Source: Candidatus Pelearchaeum maunauluense
GTDB lineage: Archaea; Thermoproteota; Nitrososphaeria_A; Caldarchaeales; Caldarchaeaceae
Assembly (NCBI GenBank): GCA_030059675.1
Contig: JANVYQ010000001.1
Coordinates: 1 to 64,000 of the forward strand
Direction of reading: 5' to 3'
Length of the DNA: 64,000 nt
The translations under genes were made by a program, and so were the position numbers. Positions 17,648 through 28,529 of this stretch are shown piece after piece; position 1 is the first letter of the stretch, and each line of letters begins with the position of its first letter. The notes beneath the pieces are model-generated. The model ran no database searches, was not told where the DNA came from, and saw only the letters and a program-made list of their open reading frames with translations.

Positions 17648-18991
17648 TCATGCTTCTCTGAGGAATTTATCCCTAACGGGCTGGTAGACCTTTTCGTAGA
17701 AGTCGCGCTGGCTCTCCAGAACCTTCCTGTCAAAACTCCTGACATACTCTACTGCCTTTGCCCAAGCCTCTTCGTAGGGGATGAAGCGCTCTATCCTACT
17801 CACTATCTCCCTATCATAGTCTCTTGGTGTCTGTACATCCCCGCCTATCGTGAACCAGCCCTCGCTTGATAGGTATGCTTGCTCATCACCAACACTTGCT
17901 ACAAGCTTTTCGCGCGTCTCATAGGCAGGGCGCGTGGCTTCGCGTCTCCTTGTGGTAGCTGTTCCACGCTTCTTAGCCCACGCATAGAATATAGCCCTAT
18001 TCAAGCCAAAAGACTTTGCCTTATCCAAGTCGCCGAAGAGGATATAGTAGCGGGCAGCCTGTAATAACGCCATAATCTGGAATCTCCCAATCGCAGCCAC
18101 CCGCGGAGATTCGCGTGCTGCTCCAGTCTTTTCTTCTCCAACAACAAGCCTAACCTCAGACGCCGCCGCGAAGTATCCTGGGATTTCTGTAAGCGCTATT
18201 TGGGCGGCGTTGTCTGCTTCCCCCTCGCTGAAGTCGCGCCAGGCTGGGTTATGTCTTGGCGACTCTAGGCTGGCCCAGCTAATGTCAAAGTCGTTAATCT
18301 CATTGGGTTTTAGGCAGACCGCCGCTAGGTCTAGCCTGCGGTGCAGGCTTAGGGGAGCCGTGAAAACCCTCTTGATGTCCATTAGGTTCTCCACCTTAAG
18401 CGAGACTCCACGCTCCTTGGAGAGCTGCTCAACATTCTTAGCAATCCTCTTGAGAACATACGCCACTATAGCGTAGGCCGCGTCTAGGGGGTTGTGTCTC
18501 TGCAATAAGCCGCGCGAGAAAGCGCCCTCATGTATCCTTACATGCGCACCATTACCAGACCACAAGATATACACGGAGCGACTAATACCCAGCTTGGCAA
18601 GCTCATCAACAACCAGCCCAACAACACTCATCACATCCTTAAAACCGCCTCTCTCACAATCAACGTCAAACGTCGGCGTAGATGCGGCTATGTTATCTGG
18701 AGCCTCAAGAGCCTGGGGATTAGCTAGGGATTTGTATATGCCGGCAGAGGCGTAGAACGTTCTGGGCTTAAGCCAGAAGAACCTTTTGAATATCTCATCA
18801 ATATCATGCTCCGTGTTGATTGTCAGGGGTTTTGAGCGCCCTCTGTGCCAGTATCTTATGAATGTGCGTTTTTCCGCTTCCTCCCCCTCTAGAGCAGCCC
18901 ACCTACCGCGGCAGAAGTCTATAATCTCCTGCCTCACGTCGCGCCTGGCGTAATAGTCTTTCACAGATAGCACGACAGCATAAGCTAGCAA
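17648..18991 (-). CDS. Archaeo-eukaryotic primase (AEP) superfamily protein fused to a conserved C-terminal domain
   Basis: AEP motifs FDVD, WSGNGAH, MDIKRVFTAPLSLH; C-terminal GRFQIMALLQAAR...GLNRAIFYAWAK. Confidence 0.75.
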   Translation of the reverse strand: MLAYAVVLSVKDYYARRDVRQEIIDFCRGRWAALEGEEAEKRTFIRYWHRGRSKPLTINTEHDIDEIFKRFFWLKPRTFYASAGIYKSLANPQALEAPDNIAASTPTFDVDCERGGFKDVMSVVGLVVDELAKLGISRSVYILWSGNGAHVRIHEGAFSRGLLQRHNPLDAAYAIVAYVLKRIAKNVEQLSKERGVSLKVENLMDIKRVFTAPLSLHRRLDLAAVCLKPNEINDFDISWASLESPRHNPAWRDFSEGEADNAAQIALTEIPGYFAAASEVRLVVGEEKTGAARESPRVAAIGRFQIMALLQAARYYILFGDLDKAKSFGLNRAIFYAWAKKRGTATTRRREATRPAYETREKLVASVGDEQAYLSSEGWFTIGGDVQTPRDYDREIVSRIERFIPYEEAWAKAVEYVRSFDRKVLESQRDFYEKVYQPVRDKFLREA

Positions 18992-19066
18992 TCACCGCCT
19001 TAATTATTCTAGCCAAGCCATACGGGCATAGTATATTTCCCAGACTACCGCAGGTATCTAGCTGGT

Positions 19067-19963
19067 ATGGAGCGGATAGGCTTCATCGGCCTAGGGCAGA
19101 TGGGGAAGCCCATGGCGCGTAATCTTCTAAACGCTGGCTACAGCTTGACGGTCTATAATAGAAGCAAGCAACCTATGGAGGAGCTGGCTTCATACGGAGC
19201 TAAGACAGCAGGCTCACCACGCGAGGTAGGCTCCAACTCTGATGTGGTCATCCTCTCGCTACCTTATCCAGAGACCGTTAAGCAAGTGGTTCTAGGAGTG
19301 GGCGGCGTGGCTGAGGGAATACGCGCAGGCGGCGTGGTGATAGACACCAGCACGACAGACCCACTAACAGCGCGAGAACTGCATGAAGAGCTGCGTAGAC
19401 GTGGAGTAGGTTTTCTAGACGCTCCAGTAAGCGGCGGCCCCGAAGGGGCTGAAGCGGCGGCGCTAACCTTCATGGTGGGTGGAGAAGAGAGAGACTTAGA
19501 GAGATGTATGCCGATACTACGCGCCATGGGTAAGCACATCTTCCACGTAGGCGGACCAGGAGCTGGGCAGGGCGTGAAGCTGGTAAACCAGATACTCGTA
19601 GCGTTACACACCCTAGCCGCTGCCGAGGCGATGCTCTTCGCATCCCGTCTCGGTCTAGACCTTGGAATGGTCTTGGAGGTCATTCAGAGAAGTGCTGGCG
19701 ATTCGTTCATATTCAGGAGGGTGGCGCCGCAGTTTATCGCGCGTAAATTCGGCAGGGGCTGGCAGACGTATCTAATACACAAAGACCTGGGCCTGGTTCT
19801 TAAGACTGCGGAGAAGCTTAAGCTCCCCATGCTCCTCTCAAGCCTGGCACGCGAGAAATACGGCGCGGCCATGGCGCAGGGGTTGGAGAAAATAGACTCG
19901 GCAGCGGTAATCAAAGTCCTTGAACAGCTAGCAGGTCCGAATACGCGGCCGGGACATTCTTAA
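19067..19963 (+). CDS. 3-hydroxyisobutyrate dehydrogenase/tartronate semialdehyde reductase family
   Basis: IGFIGLGQMG, FLDAPVSGG, KLVNQ, KDL. Confidence 0.9.
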   Translation: MERIGFIGLGQMGKPMARNLLNAGYSLTVYNRSKQPMEELASYGAKTAGSPREVGSNSDVVILSLPYPETVKQVVLGVGGVAEGIRAGGVVIDTSTTDPLTARELHEELRRRGVGFLDAPVSGGPEGAEAAALTFMVGGEERDLERCMPILRAMGKHIFHVGGPGAGQGVKLVNQILVALHTLAAAEAMLFASRLGLDLGMVLEVIQRSAGDSFIFRRVAPQFIARKFGRGWQTYLIHKDLGLVLKTAEKLKLPMLLSSLAREKYGAAMAQGLEKIDSAAVIKVLEQLAGPNTRPGHS

Positions 19964-19992
19964 AACCTGGCTCTCCACAGTAAATATTCTGG

Positions 19993-20964
19993 GTGCGTGG
20001 TTTGTCGTCTTTCCTAATAACTGGCGGTTGTGGGTTTATTGGTTCTTGGCTCGCGCGTCGCCTAGTGAGCGAGGGGCATGAGGTCGTTCTCTACGATGTG
20101 AATACCGAAAGCCGTTTAGTGGATGACCTCCGCGACAAAACTCGGATACTACGCGGAAGCATAACAGACTACGAAACGTTACGCCAGGCGGTTAGGGAGA
20201 GCAGGCCTGATGTCATAATCCACTACGCTGCGCTCTTATCATCGGCAGCGGAGCGCGAGCCTAGAAGGGGTTATGAGGTGAACATAGCCTCAACATGGCC
20301 GCTCTTTGAAATAGCGAGAGAATCCGACGTAGATGCGGTGCTCTTCGCCAGCAGCACAGCAGCATACGGCCCTACGAAGGCGCAGAACTACAGCGAAGAC
20401 CTCTACGCACCGCCAGCAACAATCTACGGAATCTCAAAGATTGTAGGAGAGCTCATAGGCCTGTGGTTCTACAGGACGTATGGGATACAGTTCGCCGCGT
20501 TTAGATACGGCTCGGTTATAGGGCCTGGGAGGAAGGATGGCGGAGCATCAAGCTACACGACTCTAATAATACAGAAACCAGCGCAGGGCGAGAGCTACAC
20601 CGCGAGCGTGGACGAGGAAACAAGAATGCCCATCGTCTACGTTAAAGACGCGGTGGATGCTACGTTATTCGTGTATGGGAAAATCGGAACACTAGGCGAT
20701 GAGCGTATCTTTAACGTGACTAGTCTTACACCTAGTCCCACGGCTGGTATGATGGCTCAGGCCGTAAAGAAATACATACCAGAAGCCCAGATAGGCTTCA
20801 ACCCGCTGGACGACATTATGAGGATAGTCAAATCATGGCCACGCGACATAGACGTCACGAGGCTACTCTCGCTGGGATGGAAACCCAGATACACAGACCT
20901 GAACAGCCTAGTGGAGGACTTCATAAACGAGGTCAAGCAGAAGCCGCAAATCTTCAGGATTTAG
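19993..20964 (+). CDS. Extended SDR NAD-dependent epimerase/dehydrogenase (L-threonine dehydrogenase-like)
   Basis: TGGCGFIG, AALLS, YGISK. Confidence 0.85.
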   Translation: MRGLSSFLITGGCGFIGSWLARRLVSEGHEVVLYDVNTESRLVDDLRDKTRILRGSITDYETLRQAVRESRPDVIIHYAALLSSAAEREPRRGYEVNIASTWPLFEIARESDVDAVLFASSTAAYGPTKAQNYSEDLYAPPATIYGISKIVGELIGLWFYRTYGIQFAAFRYGSVIGPGRKDGGASSYTTLIIQKPAQGESYTASVDEETRMPIVYVKDAVDATLFVYGKIGTLGDERIFNVTSLTPSPTAGMMAQAVKKYIPEAQIGFNPLDDIMRIVKSWPRDIDVTRLLSLGWKPRYTDLNSLVEDFINEVKQKPQIFRI

Positions 20965-21001
20965 TAAATGTCTTAAAGCAGCGTGTTAGTGGAGTAGGGA
21001 G

Positions 21002-22527
21002 ATGAGGAGATGGGAGGATTGTTGGCCTAGCTATCTTCCTAGAGACATCGAGTCTAGGAGTGTTGGTTTTCATGAAATCTTATCTGATCTGGCGCGGAAG
21101 AGCCCCAACGCTACAGCGCTCATAAGCGATGAGGCTGGTAGTATAAGTTATCAGGAGCTTGATGAGCGTAGCAGCTTATTTGCAGACTCTCTCTCAATAA
21201 ACTGGACATAGGTAGGGGGGATAAGGCCGTTTTTATGGCGTCCAACAGTGTGGAGGCCATAGAAGCCCTCTATGGCCTGTTCAAGAGCGGGCTTACGACG
21301 GTGATGATAGACCCTACAACGATGTCTGAAGACCTGCTCTATCAGCTAAGTGATGCGCAGCCTAAGGTTATGGTGGTTGGTGGTGATGTGTATGAACGGG
21401 AGCGCGAGACTATATCCAAAGCTGGTGTTGGCCGCGTGGTGGTTTTAGACGTTGGGGGTGAGCGCCCAGATTCCTACCGAAACCTCATGAAGAGGGGCGG
21501 GGATAGACGTTTTGCGGCGGAGACAAAGCCTGAGAAGGATGCTGCGTTAGTGTTCTACTATGCTGGCATAGCTGGGAGGACAGAGCAGGTTCTCCACAGA
21601 CATTACGGCGTAGCCTCCTGCGCAGCCGCATACGGAGCGATGTACACCACGCCAGGTCTTGATAGATACACAGGCCTGCTGGCGTCGCCCATAACCCATG
21701 TTCTAGGGCTTTTCCACATGCTGGCGATTCACCACTATGGAGGCGCTATCGTTGTGATGCGGGGGTTTAACGCCGAGCGCGCCTATGAGCTGGTTAAGAG
21801 GTACGGGATAACGCATATAGCTGCCGCACCTATGTTCTTTGACGCCTTAACCAAGATAACCAACGTGGGGAGAGGCGAGCATAAGCTTAGGCTCTGCCTC
21901 TCTGGTGGTGCTCCCCTGCCCAGGGAGGTTTATGACAGGTTTAGAGAGACTTTCGGCGTTCCGCTGCTCCAGACCTACGGCCTGACCGAAGCACTACTTG
22001 TGAGCATGCAGACGGAGAATATGGCGCATGTGTATGGCACAGTTGGCTCGCCCATCGTTGGTGTTGATGTTAAGATTGTGGACGAGTCGGGGCGCGAGCA
22101 GGGGGTTGGGGAGGTCGGCGAGCTTGCGGTAAAGTCTCCCTGGATTATGATGGGGTATTCAGACCCCGCTGACACGGCGCGCGCAGTACGCGACGGCTGG
22201 CTCTACACAGGAGACCTAATGAGCATGGATGAAAACGGGCTACTGTTCTTCAAAGGCGTCAAGAAACGGATAATAAAATATAAGGCATATCCCGTCTTCC
22301 CCCGCGACCTTGAGGACATACTCCTACGGCACCCAGCTGTGAGGGAAGCCCTAGTCGTGGGCGAGCCAGACCCAGAGACAGGCCAGAAGCCAGTAGCGTA
22401 TGTGGTTCTCCACGACGACATGCGGGGCAGCGTATCATCCGAGGAGCTGATGAACTTCGTCAACCAGCGTGTGGCAGCGTATAAGAAGATAAGAGCCTGC
22501 AATATAGTTGATAGTCTTCCCAGCTAG
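21002..22527 (+). pseudogene. Acyl-CoA synthetase (AMP-forming), frameshifted
   Basis: YGLTE, WLYTGD, AAYKK; removing 2 nt from the CTCTCTCTC tract at 21187-21195 fuses ORFs 21002-21211 and 21235-22527. Confidence 0.8.
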
Positions 22528-22560
22528 CTCACACAGCCAGAGCGGGAGGTGCTAGGGGTG

Positions 22561-22689
22561 ATGGTCTGCCTAGAATGCGGACACGAATTCACCCCAAACC
22601 TCTTCGAATACATACCCACGCGGCTAGCCCCATGCCCCCGCTGCAAGAGCTATAAGACAATATCCAAGAAGAATATGAGACGCGGCTAG
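22561..22689 (+). CDS. 42-aa zinc-ribbon microprotein (possibly truncated)
   Basis: MVCLECGHEF...CPRCKSYKT; GGAGGTG upstream. Confidence 0.5.
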   Translation: MVCLECGHEFTPNLFEYIPTRLAPCPRCKSYKTISKKNMRRG

Positions 22690-23735
22690 TAGGAGAAGGG
22701 CCACAGGTCAAAGAATCTCTTAAATTTTCTCAGCAGGCTCGCTAAGCCGCGCGGCTCCGCTATTAGTATAGCCGCGATTATGGCGCCGAATATTATTATC
22801 TTGAACCCGAAAGCTGTTGGGCCTAGCCAGGGCATCGCTGTAGCTAATGTGCTCACCATGAAGGTTAATCCATGCGAGACCGCTATCATCAGCGTCGCTC
22901 CCAGTGTTGAGCCCCAGACATAGCTTCCCGGACCTCCCACTATAACGCCCACACTCAGCATCTCCCAAGCTAGGTCAAAGGATACGTGCTCTATTGTTAT
23001 CAGGCCCAGCATATAGCTCCAGAGAGCGCCGCCGACTCCTGCGTAGAAGCCTGAGATGGCGAATGCGAGGGCCTTATACTTCAGCAGGCTCAGCCCATGC
23101 ACTTGCGCGGCGTAGTCCTTCTCACCTATCATGACAAGCGCCTTACCCAGAGGCGTCCTACCTATATGCGCTATAGCAAGCCCCATCAGTATCGTTATTA
23201 TCAGGAACGTGTAATACTGCTCAAGCGGTGAGAACTTATACCCCAACAAGCCCATAGGCTGTGTATATACCACAGTCTCAGGGACATCCTTTACTATGAA
23301 GCTGAGAATCCATACTATTATGAAGTGCGCCGCCATGGTTGAGAATAGTAGGTAGAATGCTTTTATCCGTAGTGAGGGGAGGCCGAAGAAGACCGATGTG
23401 GCTGCCGCTATTATTCCTGCTAGGGGTATTGTGGCGATGAATGGTAGTGAGTAAGGTGGTTGGGAGAGTATGACTGTGGCGAAAGCGCCGACACCCATGA
23501 GAGCCTAGTGCATTACGGAGAAGAGCTGCGCGTGTGTAAGGAGGTTAAGCCCCATGATTGGTATGGCGAAAACGATTATCAGCATGATGAAGCTAGGCAG
23601 GAACGATATGCCTGTTAGCGGCAAGAGAAAGAAAACCGCGAGAAAAATGAACAGACTGACATAATGGAATTTCTTCTGCAGGAAGCCCATATCCTGCATG
23701 TATGTCTCTTTAACTACGCCGCATGGCCGCGACAC
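22686..23735 (-). pseudogene. livM: Branched-chain amino acid ABC permease LivM-like, in-frame TAG
   Basis: SVMH*ALMGVGAF (stop at 23505-23507), GLPSLRIK, AFAISGFYAGVGG, EPRGL. Confidence 0.85.
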
Positions 23736-23740
23736 TGTAG

Positions 23741-24667
23741 CTACACCCTCTCTATTCTAACGGTGCCGAATAGCCCATACGGCCTGAATACCAGCACTAT
23801 CAGGAGTATGATGAACGGCATTATCTCCCTTATCCCTGGGATGAATGGGTTTAGATACGTCCCTACGGAGTGCTCTATCAATCCCAGAAGTATGCCGCCC
23901 AGTATTGCTCCACCTGGGCTATCTATGCCGCCTATCAACGCCGCTGGGAGGGCGCGCGTCAGGCCTATTACTGAGATATTTACGGTTAGCCCGTTTATCA
24001 CGCCCATGATGAGGCCGCCTAGAACAGCGGCCATGTTAGCGATAATCCAACTATACTTGTATATCTTTCTGATGCTTATCCCATGCGTCGCCGCCGCTTC
24101 AGGCTCAAGCGACACAGCCCTCATAGCAAAGCCGAAGAGGGTTCTCCTGAATATGTAGAGGAAGAAGCCGAATACGACAGCCGCCCCAGCTATGCTCCAG
24201 ACCATAACTAGGGGGAGCTTAATGAAGCCTATCTCTAGAGGGACTGGCGGGGAGACCTCATGCTGGCCTGGGAAAATCTTCAACGCGGTACCCCAGCGGA
24301 CTATGGTAACTCCCCGCAGTATGAGCGCCAGGGCTACCGTCATCTTGATGAGCGAGAGTATTGACTGCCCGTAGAGCGGTCTGATTAGGAATCTCTCGGT
24401 GAGAAGCGCCAATATGATTGTTGCAATAAGCGCCAGGCCCAGGCCGACGAGCAAGTTAATAAACGGGTCTGCAACAAGCCCCAGCTCCGAGAAGAAGAGG
24501 ATTAGGTAAGCGCCTATAAGAACCATGTCGCCCACAGCTATATTGACTATCTTCCCCACCCTGTAGAGGAGGACGAAGCCCAGCGCTATTACGCCGTATA
24601 TGGTGCCTGAGGCTAGGCCTAGAATCGCTGAATTGAGCAGCAGCCCCAGCGTCTCCTCTATAGCCAC
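23741..24667 (-). CDS. livH: Branched-chain amino acid ABC permease LivH-like
   Basis: GTIYGVIALGFVL, VNIAVG, GFAMRAVS, RPYGLFG; likely GTG start at 24667. Confidence 0.88.
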   Translation of the reverse strand: MAIEETLGLLLNSAILGLASGTIYGVIALGFVLLYRVGKIVNIAVGDMVLIGAYLILFFSELGLVADPFINLLVGLGLALIATIILALLTERFLIRPLYGQSILSLIKMTVALALILRGVTIVRWGTALKIFPGQHEVSPPVPLEIGFIKLPLVMVWSIAGAAVVFGFFLYIFRRTLFGFAMRAVSLEPEAAATHGISIRKIYKYSWIIANMAAVLGGLIMGVINGLTVNISVIGLTRALPAALIGGIDSPGGAILGGILLGLIEHSVGTYLNPFIPGIREIMPFIILLIVLVFRPYGLFGTVRIERV

Positions 24668-24675
24668 TGGACACC

Positions 24676-25953
24676 GTGGAGACAACAACAGTCTTCCAAA
24701 CAAAGACGGTGACAGCAGGCGACCCAGGTGCGCAGACGGTAACAGTAACAAAGACCGAGACGGTCACCAAGGCGGCTCCTGCGGGCAAGAGGGGGAAGAT
24801 TACAATACCCACACTCTTTGACCTAACAGGCCCCACATCGGAAGTCGGTGTAGAGTACGCTGAGGGCGTCAATAATGCTGTGAAGTGGATTAATGAGCGG
24901 GTGGGCGGAATACCAGGCGTCGGCGAGATAGAGCTCGTCTTTACCGATTATGGCTACAAGCCCCCAGAGGCGATAAGCACGTATGACAGGTATAAGACGC
25001 AGTTCAACCTACCGCTCATAATAGGGTGGGGTACACCCGACACTGAAGCACTCGCGCCCAAGGTGGCGGAGGATAAGATAGCATACATCTCGGCGAGCTA
25101 CTCAGCCCACCTAGACGACCCGAGTAAGACGCCGTATAACTTCTATCCATGCGCCAGCTACTCAGAGCAGGCTAGGGCCGCTATGGTCTGGATTAGGAAG
25201 TTCTGGGACGAGCAGGGAGAGAATAGGCCACCTAGGCTTGCCTTGGCATACCAGTTCGGCCATCCCTACACGACAGCGCCAAACAAGGCGATTAAAGCAA
25301 TAGCACAAGAGCTGGGTATAGAGATAGTTACGGAGCAGGATGTATCGCTTAGAGCGACTGATACATCCTCACAAGTCCTAGCCATCAAGGGCGCTAAGGC
25401 TGACTTTGTATGGTTCGGGAATACTGTGGGAAGCGCGTCTGTTTTCGCAAGAGACCTGAAGAAGCAGGATGTTGTCGCTATCATGATAAGCAACCAGTGG
25501 GGGCATGACGAGAACCTAGTAGCGCTGGCTGGAGAGGCCGCTGAGGGAGTCCACGGCGCGTCTGGCCACTACTACTTCGGAATGGAGGAAAACGCCCCAG
25601 CACTCTTAAACCCGATAAAGAAGTCAGTAGAACTATTCGGCCGCACATTCGGCCCAGAAGACAAGTTCCCAACATCAACCTACATAAGAGGATGGCTAAA
25701 TCTCAGGATGGCCGCGCTGGCGATAGCGCATGCCAACGCTAAATTCGGCGAGGTAACTGACGAGAACATAAAGAAGGCTATAGAGATGTGGAGGCAGCAG
25801 ACCATAGAGGGTAATGTGGTGTCTCCAGTAACATCCACGCCAAAAGACCATAGACCAAGTACAACCTCATACATAATGAAGATTGAGAACGGGAAGTATA
25901 AGTTGGTGGATGTCATAACTGTTGAGAGACGACCCGACTGGCTTGGGTGGTGA
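24676..25953 (+). CDS. ABC substrate-binding protein (LivK-like), N-terminal anchor missing
   Basis: DLTGPTS, DYGYK, IIGWGTPDT; begins within the Thr-rich linker with no signal or TM segment. Confidence 0.85.
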   Translation: METTTVFQTKTVTAGDPGAQTVTVTKTETVTKAAPAGKRGKITIPTLFDLTGPTSEVGVEYAEGVNNAVKWINERVGGIPGVGEIELVFTDYGYKPPEAISTYDRYKTQFNLPLIIGWGTPDTEALAPKVAEDKIAYISASYSAHLDDPSKTPYNFYPCASYSEQARAAMVWIRKFWDEQGENRPPRLALAYQFGHPYTTAPNKAIKAIAQELGIEIVTEQDVSLRATDTSSQVLAIKGAKADFVWFGNTVGSASVFARDLKKQDVVAIMISNQWGHDENLVALAGEAAEGVHGASGHYYFGMEENAPALLNPIKKSVELFGRTFGPEDKFPTSTYIRGWLNLRMAALAIAHANAKFGEVTDENIKKAIEMWRQQTIEGNVVSPVTSTPKDHRPSTTSYIMKIENGKYKLVDVITVERRPDWLGW

Positions 25954-26030
25954 GAGCCCGCAAATAATCCCCTATTACTATCATTTTTATCCAACCCCAT
26001 GAAAATAGACGCGTAGAGAGGAGGTCATCC

Positions 26031-26843
26031 TTGTCTGGTAATGGTGGCAACAGACTGATAGAGCTAAACAATGTTGAGGTTACGTTTGACCCCTTTATCC
26101 TCGTTGTTAAGGGCGTGTCCCTGAAGGTTCCGCGTGGTAATATTGTTGCTCTTCTGGGAGCTAACAGCGCTGGCAAGAGCACGATACTCAAGAGCATATC
26201 AGGAGTCATTAGGCTGGAGCGCGGCTGGGTAACGCGAGGCTGGATAACCCTAGACGGCAGGAGGATAGAGAATATGCTCCCAGAAGACGTTGCTAAGTTG
26301 GGCATAACATATGTTCATGAAGGTAGGAAGGTGTTTGAAGAGCTCACGGTTGAGGAAGACCTCCTCTCAGGCCTCTATGGTAGGCGGGCAAAGAACCCGC
26401 ATGACGCGCTTGAGATGGTGTATAACTTCTTCCCAAGACTTAGGGAGAGGCGGAGAGTACGGAGCGGGCTACTAAGCGGAGGCGAGCAGCAAATGCTCGT
26501 CATAGGACGGGCGCTAATCTCAAGACCAAAGGTCCTACTCCTAGACGAGCCCTCACTAGGTTTATCACCCAAGATAGTCTCGGAGCTTTTTAAGAGTGTG
26601 AAGGAGATAAATGAGCAGGAGGAAATCTCAATACCCTTGGCAGAGCAGAACGTCAAGAAGGCTTTAGAAATTGCAGACTACGGGTATGTCATGGAGAATG
26701 GCCGCGTGGTGATGGAAGGGCCGTCTGAGAAGCTAATCAACAACCCAGACGTCCAGAACTACTATCTCGGAATAGGCGAGACGGGACGGATAAGCTATCG
26801 TGAAGTGAAGTCATACAAGCGTAGAAAGAGATGGATAAGCTAA
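26031..26843 (+). CDS. livF: ABC ATP-binding protein LivF-like
   Basis: GANSAGKS, LSGGEQQML, LLDEPSLGL. Confidence 0.9.
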   Translation: MSGNGGNRLIELNNVEVTFDPFILVVKGVSLKVPRGNIVALLGANSAGKSTILKSISGVIRLERGWVTRGWITLDGRRIENMLPEDVAKLGITYVHEGRKVFEELTVEEDLLSGLYGRRAKNPHDALEMVYNFFPRLRERRRVRSGLLSGGEQQMLVIGRALISRPKVLLLDEPSLGLSPKIVSELFKSVKEINEQEEISIPLAEQNVKKALEIADYGYVMENGRVVMEGPSEKLINNPDVQNYYLGIGETGRISYREVKSYKRRKRWIS

Positions 26844-26896
26844 GTCACACAGTAGAAAGTTAATTATGGTATCCTTCTGGGATTATTCTGACTGTT

Positions 26897-27292
26897 TTGA
26901 GGAGAACGGAAGACTGGATGAGGATGGCTGAAGCAGCGCTGAAACAAGCAAGAGATTCAATAGAGGATGGAAACTATTGGGCGTCTTGCTTCTTCTCTCA
27001 CCAAGCAGCAGAATTCTCAGTAAAGGGCTTCCTAGCCTCAAAAGGAGTTGAAGCCAGAGGTCATAGCATATACGACCTAATAGTAAAGGCTGAAGAGCTT
27101 AGTCATAAGATTGCTGAGGAGCTTAAATCGTATGCTAGAAACTTGGATAGACATTATCTACAGTCAAGGTATGTAAATACTTATCACGTGGGCGCACCTG
27201 TTGACTATTACAGATATGAGGATGCTGAGAAGGCTCTAAGAGAGGCTGGTGAAGTTGTCAGATATTTTAAGGGAGAAGTTACGAAGGGTTGA
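26897..27292 (+). CDS. HEPN domain protein (HEPN-MNT module)
   Basis: CFFSHQAAEFSVK, GHSI, LDRHYLQSRY. Confidence 0.9.
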   Translation: MRRTEDWMRMAEAALKQARDSIEDGNYWASCFFSHQAAEFSVKGFLASKGVEARGHSIYDLIVKAEELSHKIAEELKSYARNLDRHYLQSRYVNTYHVGAPVDYYRYEDAEKALREAGEVVRYFKGEVTKG

Positions 27293-27668
27293 GGATTATT
27301 CTAGATGGGTAAGGGAGAAGCTTACAGTCAGGCTTCTTATACTCTTCGGCTCGCTGGCCAGAGAAGACTGGACAGAGAGCAGCGATATTGATATTCTAGT
27401 TGTTGCGGATGAACTATCAAGCGATGTAGGAGAAAACTACATACAGCTTAAACAATACATGATAGAGCCAATAGGCTATAATTCGGATATTTTTGTTGAA
27501 GAGATAAAGAAGCCCAACATGCTTATACTTGACGCCCTAAGATACGGGAGAATACTGTACTTTGATGAAGAATACTTGAATAGGATAGAAGCGGCTGTTA
27601 TGAGGGTGTTGAAGGAGAAGAAGATTGTGTATGAGAGGGGAGTATGGGTTTTCAAACGTAGGGTATAG
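27249..27668 (+). CDS. Minimal nucleotidyltransferase (MNT)
   Basis: LFGSLARED...SDIDILVV. Confidence 0.9.
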   Translation: MKLSDILREKLRRVEDYSRWVREKLTVRLLILFGSLAREDWTESSDIDILVVADELSSDVGENYIQLKQYMIEPIGYNSDIFVEEIKKPNMLILDALRYGRILYFDEEYLNRIEAAVMRVLKEKKIVYERGVWVFKRRV

Positions 27669-27727
27669 CCTTAGCATGTGTGTTTAATCTTTTTATCCCT
27701 GTTATTGCTGGATGTGGTTTGGTATAT

Positions 27728-28464
27728 ATGCCGTTGCTGGAGGCGCGCGACATACACCTTACCTTCGGCGGTGTGGTTGCTCTTAGGGGCGTTGATTTCG
27801 CCGTTGAGCGCGGACAGCTCGTAGCCCTAGTAGGCCCCAACGGCTCTGGGAAGACGAGCCTCCTAAACTGCATATGCGGCTTCTACAAACCTCAGAAAGG
27901 AAGAATCTACTTTAACGGCATGGATATAACGCATAAGCCGCCCCATAAACGAGCAGCACTGGGAATAGGGAGAACATTCCAAACACCATACATCTTTCAC
28001 GGAACAGTCCTTGACAACATAATAGTAGGCTACATGACGCGGCATGGCGGGATAATAAACTCGCTTAGATACAAGGCCATGCGTGAAGCGCGCGAGCGGC
28101 TGAGGTACTCATAGACTTCGTGGAGTTGGAGCAGTATCGTGAAGCCCACGCCGAGGGGCTTCCGATGGGGATAAGAAAGAAGATAGAACTGGCTAGAATA
28201 CTCATGTGGAACCCAGAGGCTATACTTCTGGAAGAGCCAAGCTCAGGTCTGAGCATAGACGAGAAGCGCGACATGACGCGGTTTATACAAGAACTCCACG
28301 AGGTTCTGGGAAAGACGATAGTGCTGGTTGAGCATGATATGTCGCTTGTCTATGACCTCTCTGAGAAGACCGTAGTCCTAGACGCTGGGCAGAAGATAGC
28401 CGAGGGAAAGCCTGAGGTTGTGATTCAGGAGGCAAGCGTCATAAAGGCTTACTTGGGAGAGTAG
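27728..28464 (+). pseudogene. livG: ABC ATP-binding protein LivG-like, frameshifted
   Basis: FGGVVAL, GPNGSGKT, RTFQ; 1-nt deletion near 28098; then LLEEP, VEHDM, AYLG. Confidence 0.85.
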
Positions 28465-28529
28465 CGTATTCCTGTTGTGTGGGGTAAAGAATATTTAGGG
28501 GATGTGGGTTTAGGTTTTCCGAAGACCAC

